A DNA stretch of 64,000 bases from the NCBI GenBank assembly GCA_037917685.1, contig JAVCBU010000006.1, positions 64,001 to 128,000 on the forward strand, given 5' to 3'. A program made the translations under genes and the position numbers. The stretch is from Thermoproteota archaeon. Its GTDB lineage: Archaea; Korarchaeota; Korarchaeia; Korarchaeales; JAOZGB01. Position 1 is the first letter of the stretch. Every line of letters begins with the position of its first letter. Shown piece after piece: positions 37,822 through 48,957 of the stretch. Under the pieces are notes generated by a model. It saw only the letters and a list, made by a program, of their open reading frames with translations, was not told where the DNA came from and ran no database searches.

Positions 37822-37822
37822 A

Positions 37823-38953
37823 CTATTTCACCTTTGCTTTTTCCACAGCAGAACCTTTGCTTATGATTTCAGCCGTTTGAGATGAAATAAACGTAATCTT
37901 AGGGGCAACAATCCCCGCTTTCTTATCATCTCCCGACTTAGATCCTGCCCCCTTAAGTTTGATCCACCACTTAGGAGGTCGAATAGCCGGTCTTAAAAGA
38001 ACGAATCTTTTAGGAGGGCCAGGTATTGAACCTGAAAGGAGGATATAATTTGTTCTTACTAGGCCGTATGATTTAAATCCAGACTTGGGATTTACCTCTG
38101 CAGGATTTGCACCTAATTTAAGGATTCTCTTATTGTACTCCGTTCTCTTGTGATACCCCATCTGACCAGGTTGCGGAACAGTCCATCTAACGTATGGTGG
38201 ATGCCGTGAACCCATGCTTGCAACTCCACGCCTTTTCTTACCCGCTTTATGCGGTAACAGCTTAACCCCAAATCTTTTGACAGCACTTTGGAATCCCTTA
38301 CCCTTTGTAACAGCGGTTACATCCACAAACATACCGGGTTCGAACACGTCAAGCGGGCTTATGTTGCTTCCAAGTTTGTTTAAAGCAAATTTCAACTTTT
38401 CTTTAGGTGCCACGGATCCGAGAATAGGTATCTCAAGTATTTCCGGCTTTTTCTTTGGCACAGCGGCGGATCTGGGATTTGTATGAACCAGTAATCTAAC
38501 TTCTGCGATTCTATCTATGTTTTTATCGACTATTTTCATTCTCTCGTCTAAGTTGGTTATCCATCCATCCTTTACGGGGGCTTTAGGTATCTGTATAGCT
38601 CTACTAAGATCCATACGGCTTTTAGCTTCTTTCTTATCCATTGCTGGGATCTTGTATATGGTTGTAACAGGTTTAAGTCCGTAAGGCGTCTCGATGTAGA
38701 GTGTTATCCCAAAAACCGTGATTTCTGGAGCTTCTACAACAGTACACGGCATAAATATTTCCTGTTGGTATGTAGGCCTATTCGGGTGATCATCCACCAT
38801 CATGACATGGATCATTCCACACTTGTACCCTGGAAATGCCCCGAGCATTATGGGCTTATCTATAGACGGGTAAGACCTAAACCTCGCTACTTCTGCGGAA
38901 GCTCTCTTCCTAGGTCTAAATGCCATTGATCCTCTTCTGGGCATTTCTAACAC
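37823..38953 (-). CDS. rpl3: 50S ribosomal protein uL3
   Basis: PRRGSMAFRPRKRA, GYKCGM, TKGKGFQ, GQMGYHKRTEYNK. Confidence 0.96.
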   Translation of the reverse strand: MLEMPRRGSMAFRPRKRASAEVARFRSYPSIDKPIMLGAFPGYKCGMIHVMMVDDHPNRPTYQQEIFMPCTVVEAPEITVFGITLYIETPYGLKPVTTIYKIPAMDKKEAKSRMDLSRAIQIPKAPVKDGWITNLDERMKIVDKNIDRIAEVRLLVHTNPRSAAVPKKKPEILEIPILGSVAPKEKLKFALNKLGSNISPLDVFEPGMFVDVTAVTKGKGFQSAVKRFGVKLLPHKAGKKRRGVASMGSRHPPYVRWTVPQPGQMGYHKRTEYNKRILKLGANPAEVNPKSGFKSYGLVRTNYILLSGSIPGPPKRFVLLRPAIRPPKWWIKLKGAGSKSGDDKKAGIVAPKITFISSQTAEIISKGSAVEKAKVK

Positions 38954-39009
38954 TTTATATTATGTAGCTGGAAGTTAAAGAAATTAAGTGTTGAATTTAA
39001 AGGTTATCC

Positions 39010-40026
39010 TCAGAATGCCCTCCCTGTGATACCAAGTGTGGCATTAGTTATTCGCATAGATTCGCCCTTAGAACTTAGTTTCATCGCAGATCTAACGGCA
39101 TCTATGTTATCTGGTATTACAATGGCCTCCTGGTGAACCGCTTGGAATAGGTAGAGTCTGTCTCCATCAATTTTTATGGAATCTCTCCATACCATTAACT
39201 CATAAATGTTCTCCATAGGTCTACCCTTTAGCCTTGCATAATCGAACAACCTACCGGTTGATGATAGCTTATCATCCGCGTCCACCAGAATAATCCTAGA
39301 TGCCTCTTCTATAGCGTCTATAACGTCCTCCCTTGTAACTTGGCTACCAAGCTTTACTTCCACCATATGCACGTGCATATGTGTAACAGGAACCTTTACT
39401 GCCATAGTCATAATTGGCACATCTAAAACCGTGTTAACATCCCGGGCATGATGCGATGGAACCTTAACGTCAGGAACTATCGCGTCAATAGGCCCCTTCC
39501 CCGTTTCCTCAGGGTCGGCGGCTCTCCTAACTAAGACCGCAAAAACCCGTTTTACTTTAAACGCCTCATTTAAACAATAGATCAACCTTGAAAGTCCAGT
39601 AGTATTGCATGACACGACTCTAATAACGTTCTTTCCATAGGCTTTTTCGTAGCTACATTCTGACACAAATGATACCTCAGCTATACTGCTTTCTTCTCCA
39701 CCTTGGAACACCATTTTGAGACCCTGATCTTCATATTTTGGCTTGTTTTTAGCCCCCGACCCTGCTGGCGACGCATCTATAACCATGTCTATATTTCTAA
39801 GTAGATCATCCAATACCCCCCTGCAGGGTACTCCTCTTTCTTGAAAGAGATTATAGGACTCTTCATCCAAAGCATACAGGTCTATGTTACGATTAGCAGC
39901 AATAATCGCCTTGTAGTCAGGAGTCCGCTTTACAACACCTATAAGCTCCATATCCGGCTGAATAGCTATCGCTTCAGCTATTCTTCTCCCTATAGTGCCG
40001 TATCCCACTACTCCAAGCTTTATCAA
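39010..40026 (-). CDS. gap: Glyceraldehyde-3-phosphate dehydrogenase (archaeal type II)
   Basis: GYGTIGRR, FQGGE, VVSCNTTG, VHQEAIV. Confidence 0.95.
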   Translation of the reverse strand: MIKLGVVGYGTIGRRIAEAIAIQPDMELIGVVKRTPDYKAIIAANRNIDLYALDEESYNLFQERGVPCRGVLDDLLRNIDMVIDASPAGSGAKNKPKYEDQGLKMVFQGGEESSIAEVSFVSECSYEKAYGKNVIRVVSCNTTGLSRLIYCLNEAFKVKRVFAVLVRRAADPEETGKGPIDAIVPDVKVPSHHARDVNTVLDVPIMTMAVKVPVTHMHVHMVEVKLGSQVTREDVIDAIEEASRIILVDADDKLSSTGRLFDYARLKGRPMENIYELMVWRDSIKIDGDRLYLFQAVHQEAIVIPDNIDAVRSAMKLSSKGESMRITNATLGITGRAF

Positions 40027-40130
40027 CGCTGTTCACCATATCTGAGGTCTATTAGAAACATTTAATTTTTTAGGCAACCCTTACTATAATATCCTTAGTA
40101 GAGGTAGAAGTTTAAAAGAGGTGATAACAA

Positions 40131-41786
40131 ATGACTCTTGCGACAATCGGAGGACAACCAGTCCTTATTCTAAAAGAAGGGACAAGTAGAACCCGAGGTG
40201 AAGAAGCGAGAAGAATAAACTTTATGGCTGCCAAGGCAGTTGCAGACGCGGTAAGAAGTACTCTTGGACCTAAAGGGATGGATAAAATGATAATAGACCA
40301 GCTTGGTGACATTACCATCTCAAATGACGGGGCTACAATACTTGATGAAATGGATGTTCAGCATCCAGCCGCTAAGCTGATGGTTGATCTCGCAAAAGCC
40401 CAAGACCACGACGCAGGTGATGGAACAACAACCGCAGTTGTAATCGCAGGTGAAATATTGAGTAGAGCTGAAGAACTATTAGATCAAGGGATGCATCCGA
40501 GTATAATTGTAGATGGGTATAAAAAAGCCTTAGATAAGGTTAAAGAAGCAGTAAATGAAATAGCATTTGAGATAGATAGGGAGGATCATGAAACACTGAA
40601 GAAGATAGCTATAACCGCTATGCAGAGCAAGATGATCCATGAAGAATCAGATTACCTTGCAGAGCTTGTCATTAAGGCCGCTAAACAAGTGATGGAAGAA
40701 GTCAATGGGAAGATAAAGGTTGACATAGATAGGATAAAAATAGTAAAGAAGCAGGGAAAAAGCCTGGCTGAATCCCAGCTCATCAACGGGATAGTACTAG
40801 ACAAGGAAGTAGTACACAGTGGAATGCCCAGAAGAATAGTGGATGCTAAAATAGCCCTCCTCAATACCCCACTGGAAATAGAGAAAACAGAATATAGTGC
40901 CGAAGTCAGGATAACCGATCCAAACCAGATAAAGATGTTCATGGAGGAAGAGACTAAGCTTCTTCAGGAAATGGTGGAAAAGATTGCGAACACAGGTGCT
41001 ACAGTAGTATTCTGCCAGAAAGGTATCGATGAAATAGCGCAGCACTTCCTTGCAAAGAAAGGAATACTAGCTGCTAGGAGGATAAGCGAGAAAGACATGG
41101 ATAAACTGCAAAGAGCAACGGGGGCTAGGATCATAACAAATATAGAGGACCTCACAAGTGACGACTTAGGATACGCCGGGCTAGTAGAGGAAAGAAAAAT
41201 AGGAGAAGACAAAATGATCTTTGTTGAACAATGCAAAAACCCGAAAGCCGTCACAATAATCCTAAGAGCGGGAGCTGAAATGATAGTAGATGAAGCAGAA
41301 AGAAGCATCCATGACGCGTTATGCGTAACAAGGAATATCTTGGAAGAGAACAAGGCAGTATACGGGGGAGGCGCAGTCGAAGTAGAACTTGCGATGAAAC
41401 TTAAAGAGTACGCTAAAAGCGTTGGAGGAAAGGAGCAGAGAGCTATAGAGGCTTATGCTGAGGCCTTAGAAGGAATTCCCGTAGCCCTTGCGGAGAACGC
41501 TGGCTTAGACACTATTGAGATATTGATGGACCTTAGAGCCGAACATTCTAAGGGAAACACAAGCTACGGTGTCGACGTCCTCACTGGAGGAATAGATGAT
41601 ATGAAAAAGCTAGGAGTACTTGAAACTCTTAGGGCAACAAGACACGCCATTGAAGCAGCAACGGAAACAGCAATAATGCTGATAAAGACAGATGACATAA
41701 TAGCGGCTAAGAGGTACGAGAAGCCGAAAGGCAAGGAAGGCGAGGAGGGAGAGGAAGAGTTCTCGCCGCCTAGCTCATTCGACTAA
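40131..41786 (+). CDS. ths: Thermosome (group II chaperonin) subunit
   Basis: [31 protein letters not shown]. Confidence 0.97.
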   Translation: MTLATIGGQPVLILKEGTSRTRGEEARRINFMAAKAVADAVRSTLGPKGMDKMIIDQLGDITISNDGATILDEMDVQHPAAKLMVDLAKAQDHDAGDGTTTAVVIAGEILSRAEELLDQGMHPSIIVDGYKKALDKVKEAVNEIAFEIDREDHETLKKIAITAMQSKMIHEESDYLAELVIKAAKQVMEEVNGKIKVDIDRIKIVKKQGKSLAESQLINGIVLDKEVVHSGMPRRIVDAKIALLNTPLEIEKTEYSAEVRITDPNQIKMFMEEETKLLQEMVEKIANTGATVVFCQKGIDEIAQHFLAKKGILAARRISEKDMDKLQRATGARIITNIEDLTSDDLGYAGLVEERKIGEDKMIFVEQCKNPKAVTIILRAGAEMIVDEAERSIHDALCVTRNILEENKAVYGGGAVEVELAMKLKEYAKSVGGKEQRAIEAYAEALEGIPVALAENAGLDTIEILMDLRAEHSKGNTSYGVDVLTGGIDDMKKLGVLETLRATRHAIEAATETAIMLIKTDDIIAAKRYEKPKGKEGEEGEEEFSPPSSFD

Positions 41787-41841
41787 AATTCCAAACCTCA
41801 ACCCTTTTATTTATGAACTACTACTAATGAGTCTGATATAT

Positions 41842-42231
41842 ATGAGCTACCATGGCAAAGTAATGCCAAAAGGCCGAAGACCCTCGGGAGCCAAGATAAA
41901 AAAGTCAAAAAAGAAAAGACGGAGGGAGATAGGCCGGCCCCCGGCTGAAACAAAGATAGGCGAGCTGAAGGTTAAGAAAAAAAGGGTGATGGGAGGAAAC
42001 TACAAGTTAGCAGTTCTACTAGCGGATTACGCGAACGTGACCGACAAAAAGTCTGGTACAACAAAGAAGGCGAAAATACTGAGGGTTTTGGATAATCAGG
42101 CAAATAGAGATTTCAAAAGACGTGGAATAATAACTAAGGGGGCGATAATAGAAACAGAGATGGGAAAAGCTATTGTCACATCCAGACCTGGCCAGGACGG
42201 CGTTATTAACGCAGTTCTAATTGAAGGCTAA
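41842..42231 (+). CDS. rps8e: 30S ribosomal protein eS8
   Basis: [31 protein letters not shown]. Confidence 0.95.
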   Translation: MSYHGKVMPKGRRPSGAKIKKSKKKRRREIGRPPAETKIGELKVKKKRVMGGNYKLAVLLADYANVTDKKSGTTKKAKILRVLDNQANRDFKRRGIITKGAIIETEMGKAIVTSRPGQDGVINAVLIEG

Positions 42232-42526
42232 GAATTTGAAAGCGAAGAATATCATTTTGTACCCGGTCTATTTTAATTCCAAATGTCCAAGAAGTAAGGG
42301 TAGACGTGTGAGTAAAAGCCGCGCTGTTAAGAACCCGACCGCTGAAGAGATATATAAAGCAGTTAGGGCATTAGGACTTGGATGCACGATTGAAAAAGAT
42401 AAGCACCACCCCGCCAGATGGTTTGAGAGAGAAGGGAGGGTAGTAGTTAATACGACGCTCAAGAAAACTCAACTTATCAAAGAGGTAGCAAGAGAACTTC
42501 AAAATATTAGAGGTGGAAAGCGATGA
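42221..42526 (+). CDS. srp19: Signal recognition particle protein SRP19
   Basis: [16 protein letters not shown]....AVKNPT, HPARW...GRV. Confidence 0.92.
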   Translation: MKAKNLKAKNIILYPVYFNSKCPRSKGRRVSKSRAVKNPTAEEIYKAVRALGLGCTIEKDKHHPARWFEREGRVVVNTTLKKTQLIKEVARELQNIRGGKR

Positions 42527-42786
42527 GAAAACTCGGGGTAATACTTGGTATAACAAATGAGAGAAGTTTCCTAATAGAGGTCAGTAATACTCGCTTATTA
42601 AGATTTCCTAAAGCGATAAACCGTAATGTCTACACAAAGGGGGGAAAACTAATAGGTATAATTAGAGACGTTATAGGTCCAGTTTCTAACCCGTATGCTA
42701 CAGCAAAAGTACTAATACCACTCGAAGATGCAAGTTCCTATATCAATAAACCCGTATACGTAGAAAACGGTAAAGTTAAAAACTAA
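42523..42786 (+). CDS. gar1: H/ACA RNP protein Gar1
   Basis: MRKLG, IGIIRDVIGPVSNPY; conserved S8e-SRP19-Gar1 order. Confidence 0.85.
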   Translation: MRKLGVILGITNERSFLIEVSNTRLLRFPKAINRNVYTKGGKLIGIIRDVIGPVSNPYATAKVLIPLEDASSYINKPVYVENGKVKN

Positions 42787-42962
42787 ACGGTAATATATAT
42801 CATGTAGAATTGGAGGGCTTTCCTAAAAACACAAGAAATCTTGGAAAAAGGGAACACAGCTACTCTGTTCTAAGCCGAATACCTTGCTTCAGATGTAAAA
42901 CCCTTAACAACTGCCTCCAAAAAGGAGACATATACAAGTGTAACAACCTTACAAGGTATCTG

Positions 42963-44129
42963 TTATACGAGTTTTGTTAGATACTTTACGACCTCAATAT
43001 CTGCCTTGGTTTTTATAGATTTAAATGAGATATGGCTCCTAGAAGCTGACCATCCATGCATTCTAAGAGCTGATATCAGTTTATCAATTCCAACTGATGC
43101 TATGCCCAGGGCTTTTGAAACCCTATCGAGGTCGTAAAACCATGGAACAGAATCCACCTCGTTAGACAGTAGCTCTAATCTTCTTAGAAGAATCTTGTCA
43201 TTAGTTCTAACGTTTATAATTATTTTTTGAACAAAGTCTGGATCCATATGTCTTCTGATCCACAGAGGGCCTAATCTGAATGTCCTAGAGCCGCACACCT
43301 CACATCTCTCTTTGACACTCTCCTCCAATTTCCAAGCACCACGCCACCCACATTTCGGACAATGAAATATATAACCCATGACGCCATTCAACCATCTAAC
43401 TACACTACTGGAGGGCTTAAATAAGATCGCAAAAGCCCTTAAATAGTGTCTATGGTATAACGCCACCGGAAACTCGGCTTTCAAACCATTGAAGGCTGCC
43501 ATTCTAGCTATATAGCCTAAAAGTATTCTTAAACCGACCTCCTTAGAATACTCTACCGGGTAGGACCAAGCACCATAAATTCTATAGCATTTCTCAGGGT
43601 ACCTACCAAAGAGGACTGTTAAATCTGTAGCCGTGACCCCCAATATGCTGTTTTTAAGCTCAGACAAGAGTTTTATAGACGGTTCAATAAAGGGAGCTGG
43701 AGAACCGAAGGGATCTATATCTACGTAGTTAACTTTGGCTTGCAACCTATGCAGATAGGATGGTAAGATTGAAGCATCCATATTGAAGACCGCTGAGATA
43801 CTTGATATGCCATTCAACGCGATATTTAACCTTATAATCCGGCATGCTTCAGCATTTAGATCGTTAAATATAACCGTAGAGACAGGTACTTCTATAGCTG
43901 CTCTAACACCTCTAACCCCTGTTGCCGCCATTAAGTCGAGCATTCGAACTTCCCCAATTAGCCTTGAAGCTACTTTAAGGAATGCGATCGTTAAGTCTCG
44001 GTTAGATTCCATCTGAGGGTTATAGAAGGCAGGTAGCTTCATGAGATCCCCTGAAGTAAGACGATCATACTCCGCTTTGGGAACGTACAATTTCACACTA
44101 CCCTCAGACGTTAGAATCAGATTAGCCAT
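42963..44129 (-). CDS. trm1: tRNA (guanine26-N2)-dimethyltransferase
   Basis: FYNPQMESNRD, ATGVRGVR, DIDPFGSP, VTATD, GPLW. Confidence 0.95.
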   Translation of the reverse strand: MANLILTSEGSVKLYVPKAEYDRLTSGDLMKLPAFYNPQMESNRDLTIAFLKVASRLIGEVRMLDLMAATGVRGVRAAIEVPVSTVIFNDLNAEACRIIRLNIALNGISSISAVFNMDASILPSYLHRLQAKVNYVDIDPFGSPAPFIEPSIKLLSELKNSILGVTATDLTVLFGRYPEKCYRIYGAWSYPVEYSKEVGLRILLGYIARMAAFNGLKAEFPVALYHRHYLRAFAILFKPSSSVVRWLNGVMGYIFHCPKCGWRGAWKLEESVKERCEVCGSRTFRLGPLWIRRHMDPDFVQKIIINVRTNDKILLRRLELLSNEVDSVPWFYDLDRVSKALGIASVGIDKLISALRMHGWSASRSHISFKSIKTKADIEVVKYLTKLV

Positions 44130-44167
44130 GCTAACTGAGAAAAGTGATATTTTACCTTTTATCTCTA

Positions 44168-44734
44168 ATGATTGTGAAGGTGAATGTTATAATCACAGGG
44201 CCACCAAGGTCGGGCAAGTCTACAGTTATCAGGAATGTTATAGCTGAGATAAGAAGAAGCGGCTTAAAAGTTGGTGGAATTATGACGCCTCAGATTTTAA
44301 TTGATGGGAGAAGATACGGTTTCAAGATAATAGACATTTACACAGGGGAGGAGGGCATCCTCGCATCTGTAGATATAAGATCTAGAGTAAAAGTTTCAAA
44401 GTACGGTGTTGATCTCAAGGTTCTCGAATCCGTTGGTGTCAAAGCTATCGAGAGGGCGATTAAAGACTGCGATTTCATAGTAATAGATGAGATAGGCAAA
44501 ATGGAATGTTTAAGCAGAAGCTTTAGGAACATTGTTAAAACCGCTTTAAGCTCTGATAAAACTGTAATAGCCACAGTACCCATGAGAACCCGCGACCCGT
44601 TTATTTTAAGTATAAAGAGGAGTAAGGACATTATAGTTTTAAATGTTCTGGAAGGGAGCAAGGATAAGCTAGTAGTTGAAATTTTGAGACTGGTTGGGAT
44701 TTATGATCGTAGCCGGAGTAGACGAAGCTGGTAG
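44168..44734 (+). CDS. NTPase (THEP1/UPF0334)
   Basis: ITGPPRSGKST, GGIMT, KYGV, VIDEIGKME. Confidence 0.9.
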   Translation: MIVKVNVIITGPPRSGKSTVIRNVIAEIRRSGLKVGGIMTPQILIDGRRYGFKIIDIYTGEEGILASVDIRSRVKVSKYGVDLKVLESVGVKAIERAIKDCDFIVIDEIGKMECLSRSFRNIVKTALSSDKTVIATVPMRTRDPFILSIKRSKDIIVLNVLEGSKDKLVVEILRLVGIYDRSRSRRSW

Positions 44735-45350
44735 AGGGGCGGCCATCGGCCCTTTAGTTGTAGCATGTGTATCTATAAGAGCTAGGCACATACCAAAGCT
44801 TGTTAGTATTGGTGTAAAGGATTCTAAACTGTTAGAATACGACTTAAGATTTAATCTTGCAAATGACATTAGGAGGTATGCTTACCAGATAGAATATAAG
44901 GTTGTAGATGCTAAGACCGTTGATAAAGCGGTTTATAAACATAAGCTTAACAGGTTAGAACTGGAAGTGATGGCTGAACTTCTTAACAGGGTTAAATACG
45001 ACATAGCTATCATAGACTCACCTCTCAGAGACTGCAGTAAGGTAGTCGGTTTTATATCACAAAAAGTTGAAGGCCATGTTCTCGCTACCCACCATGCTGA
45101 CAGGAAGTTTGTAACTGTGGCCTGTGCTTCTATCATTGCAAAAACCATTAGAGATAGTTTAGTGGAGAAATTGAAGAAGAAGTTCGGGGATTTTGGAACT
45201 GGCTATCCCTCCGACCCAAAAACCATTGAATTCATTAAAAGATATGGAAGAGAACGATTCTCTATAATAAGAACCAGTTGGATAACTATAAAAAGACTAT
45301 TCTTGGATCAGAAAACCCTTTTAGATTTTATGATAGACGAGAAAGTATGA
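44703..45350 (+). CDS. rnhB: Ribonuclease HII
   Basis: GVDEAGRG, KDSK, ASIIAK, GTGYPSDP, C-terminal PIP box QKTLLDF. Confidence 0.96.
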   Translation: MIVAGVDEAGRGAAIGPLVVACVSIRARHIPKLVSIGVKDSKLLEYDLRFNLANDIRRYAYQIEYKVVDAKTVDKAVYKHKLNRLELEVMAELLNRVKYDIAIIDSPLRDCSKVVGFISQKVEGHVLATHHADRKFVTVACASIIAKTIRDSLVEKLKKKFGDFGTGYPSDPKTIEFIKRYGRERFSIIRTSWITIKRLFLDQKTLLDFMIDEKV

Positions 45351-46005
45351 GCCTATGCTTTTTGGCATATGGGTCAAGGTTTGTTTCTTCAACGATTGAC
45401 ATTACTCTGGATATTTTCCTCTTTTCTCCCTTGAAAACAACCGAAGGTTTTGCTGTAGCATCGATACTACTTGCCTTGATAGCTATCGCCGCGAATCCTC
45501 CCTCTTTAAGATATAATTCCACATTTTTAAGGAATATTTCAGTCTGATTTGGCTGGGCTATATCACAATAGACGAAATCTACCTCCTGAACGATAGAAGA
45601 GTATAACTCGGGCTTTGAGGCGTCAGCCAATATCGGGGCAATATTCCCTCTCACAGCTGCAACCTTCAACAAGTCCTTAATCTCCACAGCTGAAACATCT
45701 ACCCCATATATGAGACCTCTCTTTCCGATGATATCGCTGAAATGGGAGGCTGTGGTACCAGATGCTACTCCTAAATAAAGTATGATCATCCCATCCTTTA
45801 ACGGGAGGGTTTTAAAGCCCTTCATTAGGGCAGCTGCAGGTTTAGATCTGTATGGATTCCATATTCGATATTCTATACCTTTAACCTTGATTACCCTCTC
45901 ATCGTATGATTTAAAGCCTGGAACAAGATTTTTGGTTGCTGGGACTTTCTCTCTTCTTCCTTGATACCAGTATAAACCCTTAATCTTAGAGTCTGGTTTA
46001 ATCAT
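45328..46005 (-). CDS. flpA: Fibrillarin-like rRNA/tRNA 2'-O-methyltransferase
   Basis: WNPYRSK, LYLGVASGTTASH, DIAQPNQ. Confidence 0.96.
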   Translation of the reverse strand: MIKPDSKIKGLYWYQGRREKVPATKNLVPGFKSYDERVIKVKGIEYRIWNPYRSKPAAALMKGFKTLPLKDGMIILYLGVASGTTASHFSDIIGKRGLIYGVDVSAVEIKDLLKVAAVRGNIAPILADASKPELYSSIVQEVDFVYCDIAQPNQTEIFLKNVELYLKEGGFAAIAIKASSIDATAKPSVVFKGEKRKISRVMSIVEETNLDPYAKKHRLILSRLS

Positions 46006-47131
46006 AGCTGACACCTCGAAGCTCTGCGAGCTTCTTCTCTATCTCCATTTTAAGCTTATCTCCTATGTATTCTCCTCCAAAATAGTCTACTCTAGCTGCT
46101 ATTGCGATTTTACTGGCAAACATCCTTGCAACTCTTCCTCTGAGCTGTTTAGGAGAAGCCCTTATCTCTTTAACTTGAAATATAATTCCGTGTTTGGGGG
46201 GAGGACCTTTCCCTCTCAGGTGAGCGAAGAGAGCTTTTTGAGCACCTAGTACTTGAATCGTACTGGAAGGCATCGAGGCAAGCCTGTTGAGGCCGCCGGC
46301 TTCAGCTATTAACTTGGCTGCCACGAGTGGGTTAATTATTGAGCATAGGTTAGGGGCGATCTCCTTCATAATTTTGACTATGGTCTTCTCCAATGACGAT
46401 GTTGCCTCATTAAGCTTAAGCCACGCCAAGGCCAGGTGGATCAGCGGCTCTATGTGATGCGACTCAAAATCTCCGCCAACAGAGTATTTTGCTGCTTTCA
46501 ATATTTTCTCCGCTTTCTCAGTGTCTATGCCGAACTTTACAAGCTGCTTGAGCTTTGCGCCTTCGCGGGTGCCTACTCCTATCACTCCTTTCATATATTG
46601 TTGATGTTCCTCAAGAAGATCATCTAGTTCTGGAAAATGGAGAGAGTAACATGATCTGAGACCCATTGCAAGATTATTCAAAGATTTTTCGACGATTTCT
46701 AGGTAGTTAACCAGTTGAATTACATAGTTAGACTTGTCACTAAAGCTTTTAGATATATTATGCCTAGTTAAAGCTACACAGGCTTCTATTATTCTCTCAT
46801 CAATCCTTTCAACTTTTAGCCCGATCTTTCTAAGATATCCTCTTAGGTTCCGCCTGACCCTTCTCGCGGGCTTACTCCCTGGTTCTAACACGCATTTTAT
46901 CCCATTTTCCACTATAAAATCATGTAAGGAAGGATCGTTTGTTGATATTTTCCTAAAATCATGGCTTTTCAAGAAGTCTATGAGAAGCTTCGCCTCTTTA
47001 GATTTTCTGCCTGATTCTATGTTAACAAATGAATCTGGAAAGCGCTCATATTCTATTTTGGAAATTATTTCCCCGTCCCTGTCCAAGGCTAAAATTGCAA
47101 AAGGGGTGTTTATAAGATAGCAGGATTTCAA
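45998..47131 (-). CDS. nop5: C/D box RNP protein Nop5
   Basis: HFPEL, APNL, PSSTIQVLGAQKALF, PPKHGIIFQ, AARVD. Confidence 0.95.
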   Translation of the reverse strand: MKSCYLINTPFAILALDRDGEIISKIEYERFPDSFVNIESGRKSKEAKLLIDFLKSHDFRKISTNDPSLHDFIVENGIKCVLEPGSKPARRVRRNLRGYLRKIGLKVERIDERIIEACVALTRHNISKSFSDKSNYVIQLVNYLEIVEKSLNNLAMGLRSCYSLHFPELDDLLEEHQQYMKGVIGVGTREGAKLKQLVKFGIDTEKAEKILKAAKYSVGGDFESHHIEPLIHLALAWLKLNEATSSLEKTIVKIMKEIAPNLCSIINPLVAAKLIAEAGGLNRLASMPSSTIQVLGAQKALFAHLRGKGPPPKHGIIFQVKEIRASPKQLRGRVARMFASKIAIAARVDYFGGEYIGDKLKMEIEKKLAELRGVSYD

Positions 47132-47139
47132 GTTCTAAC

Positions 47140-47298
47140 CTACCTTCTTACTGTTTGCGATTGGCTCGCAAGGAGCCTCCTATATCTTCTTCTAAGCCTC
47201 AGCCTAGGGGGCTTGCTCTCTCTGGGTCTTGCCTCAACCTTTGGGGTGAGCTGTCTAACCCTACCAGCCTTTGTAAGTGCACCGTGGGTACCAGGCAT
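47140..47298 (-). CDS. rps30e: 30S ribosomal protein eS30 (not in ORF track)
   Basis: Hand translation MPGTHGALTKAGRVRQLTPKVEARPRESKPPRLRLRRRYRR...; sits upstream of nop5-flpA. Confidence 0.92.
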   Translation of the reverse strand: MPGTHGALTKAGRVRQLTPKVEARPRESKPPRLRLRRRYRRLLASQSQTVRR

Positions 47299-47364
47299 AT
47301 CAGCACCTACATACTAATAGTCTTGATTCCTTTAAAAGGTCTGTCATAGTTAAAACTAATAGTG

Positions 47365-48957
47365 ATGAATAACAGAAGAAAAGCATGCGTAGAGATCGCG
47401 AAATACATATTATCAGGAAAGGTTAGAAATAGAAGGGAGTTAGAAAGGATCAAGGTGGAAGTGTCTAAGAAATACAAGCTTAGAAGCCTACCTAAGAATA
47501 CCGAGATTTTAGAGGTAATAAGTGATAAAAGCGAGAAGGTCATAAAACTATTAAAACTCAAAACCGTAAGAACATACTCTGGAATAGCCGTATTTTCTGT
47601 CATGAGCGTCCCATGGCCGTGTCCTAAAAGTAAACCATGTATCTACTGCCCTGGCGGTCCTGAGTATGGTTGGGGGCCGACACCTCAATCTTACACCGGT
47701 ATGGAGCCTGCTGGTATGCGTGCAATTCAGCATTCATTCGACCCTTATAGACAAGTTAAATCAAGACTTAGCCAGTTAGAATCCATAGGGCATAGCACTT
47801 CAAAGGTGGAAATAATTATTCAAGGGGGAACTTTTCCAGCTATGCCTGCCAAATATCAGAAATGGTTTGTAAAAAGGTGTCTAGATGCAGTAACAAGTTC
47901 TGAGTCATGGAATTTGCAACATGCAATTTACAAAGCTGAAAGGTCAAAAAGAAGGAACACAGGCATTACAGTGGAATTACGCCCTGACACTGTAGACGAG
48001 AAAACCTGCAATTTAATGCTGAGCTACGGGACTACAAGAGTAGAAGTGGGGGTTCAAAGCTTGTTTGATGACATCTTAGCATTTGTAAATAGGGAACACA
48101 ACGTGGAAGACGTGGTAAAGGCTTTCAGAATGCTAAAAGACTACGGGTTCAAGGTAACAGCACACATGATGCCTAATTTACCAGGCTCGAATATACAACG
48201 CGACTTCGACTCTTTTAAAAAACTTTTTGAAGATGAACGATTCAAGCCTGACGGTTTAAAAATATATCCCACCCTCGTTCTTGAAAATACTGAACTATAC
48301 AACATGTATTTGAGGAAAGAGTTCACCCCATACACACTTGAGGAGACAATCGAGCTCTTAGCCAAAGTAAAAGCTATTGTCCCGCCTTACGTTAGGATAT
48401 ATCGGATTCAGAGGGATATACCATCAGGCAGAATAGCCGCAGGTGTTAAAAAGGGGAACCTGAGAGAACTTGTTCAATGGAGAATGAAGGAGTTAGGGTT
48501 AAAGTGTAGATGTATAAGATGCCGTGAGGTTGGGAGGTACCTTTTAAAGGGAGGGGAAATCTCAGATTTGAAGCCGACATTTAAGAGGTATCAGTACGAA
48601 GCGTCGGGGGGAGTTGAATTCTTTCTTAGCATTGAAGACACGACGAAGGATGTGCTACTAGCATTTTTAAGGCTAAGAATTCCATCTCCCGATGCACCTG
48701 CGCCTCTACGAGATTCAGCAATAGTGCGAGAACTACATGTTTATGGGCCGCTTGTTCCTGTTGGTGAGAGAGCACTCCCTGAGGGAGCTCAACACAGAGG
48801 GCTTGGAAGGAGACTCATGGATAAAGCTGAAGAAACCGTTTTAGAGCAAGGAATCTCGAAGATATATGTTATTTCAGGAATAGGTGTCAGGGAATACTAT
48901 AGAAAGCTTGGATATAAAAGGTGGAGGTACTATATGCTTAAGAATCTTGATTCGTAA
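47365..48957 (+). CDS. elp3: tRNA U34 carboxymethyltransferase Elp3 (radical SAM + KAT)
   Basis: CPKSKPCIYCPGG, QSYTG.EP, GGTF, KIYPT, RIQRDIP, RELHVYG, QHRGLG. Confidence 0.96.
   Translation: MNNRRKACVEIAKYILSGKVRNRRELERIKVEVSKKYKLRSLPKNTEILEVISDKSEKVIKLLKLKTVRTYSGIAVFSVMSVPWPCPKSKPCIYCPGGPEYGWGPTPQSYTGMEPAGMRAIQHSFDPYRQVKSRLSQLESIGHSTSKVEIIIQGGTFPAMPAKYQKWFVKRCLDAVTSSESWNLQHAIYKAERSKRRNTGITVELRPDTVDEKTCNLMLSYGTTRVEVGVQSLFDDILAFVNREHNVEDVVKAFRMLKDYGFKVTAHMMPNLPGSNIQRDFDSFKKLFEDERFKPDGLKIYPTLVLENTELYNMYLRKEFTPYTLEETIELLAKVKAIVPPYVRIYRIQRDIPSGRIAAGVKKGNLRELVQWRMKELGLKCRCIRCREVGRYLLKGGEISDLKPTFKRYQYEASGGVEFFLSIEDTTKDVLLAFLRLRIPSPDAPAPLRDSAIVRELHVYGPLVPVGERALPEGAQHRGLGRRLMDKAEETVLEQGISKIYVISGIGVREYYRKLGYKRWRYYMLKNLDS

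Noticed and set aside
42787-42962. 176-bp spacer between gar1 and trm1 as a guide RNA or small gene
   Set aside because: No C/D boxes, convincing hairpin-ACA or credible ORF was found by eye.
47155-47349. Plus-strand 64-aa ORF
   Set aside because: The real gene is eS30 on the minus strand.
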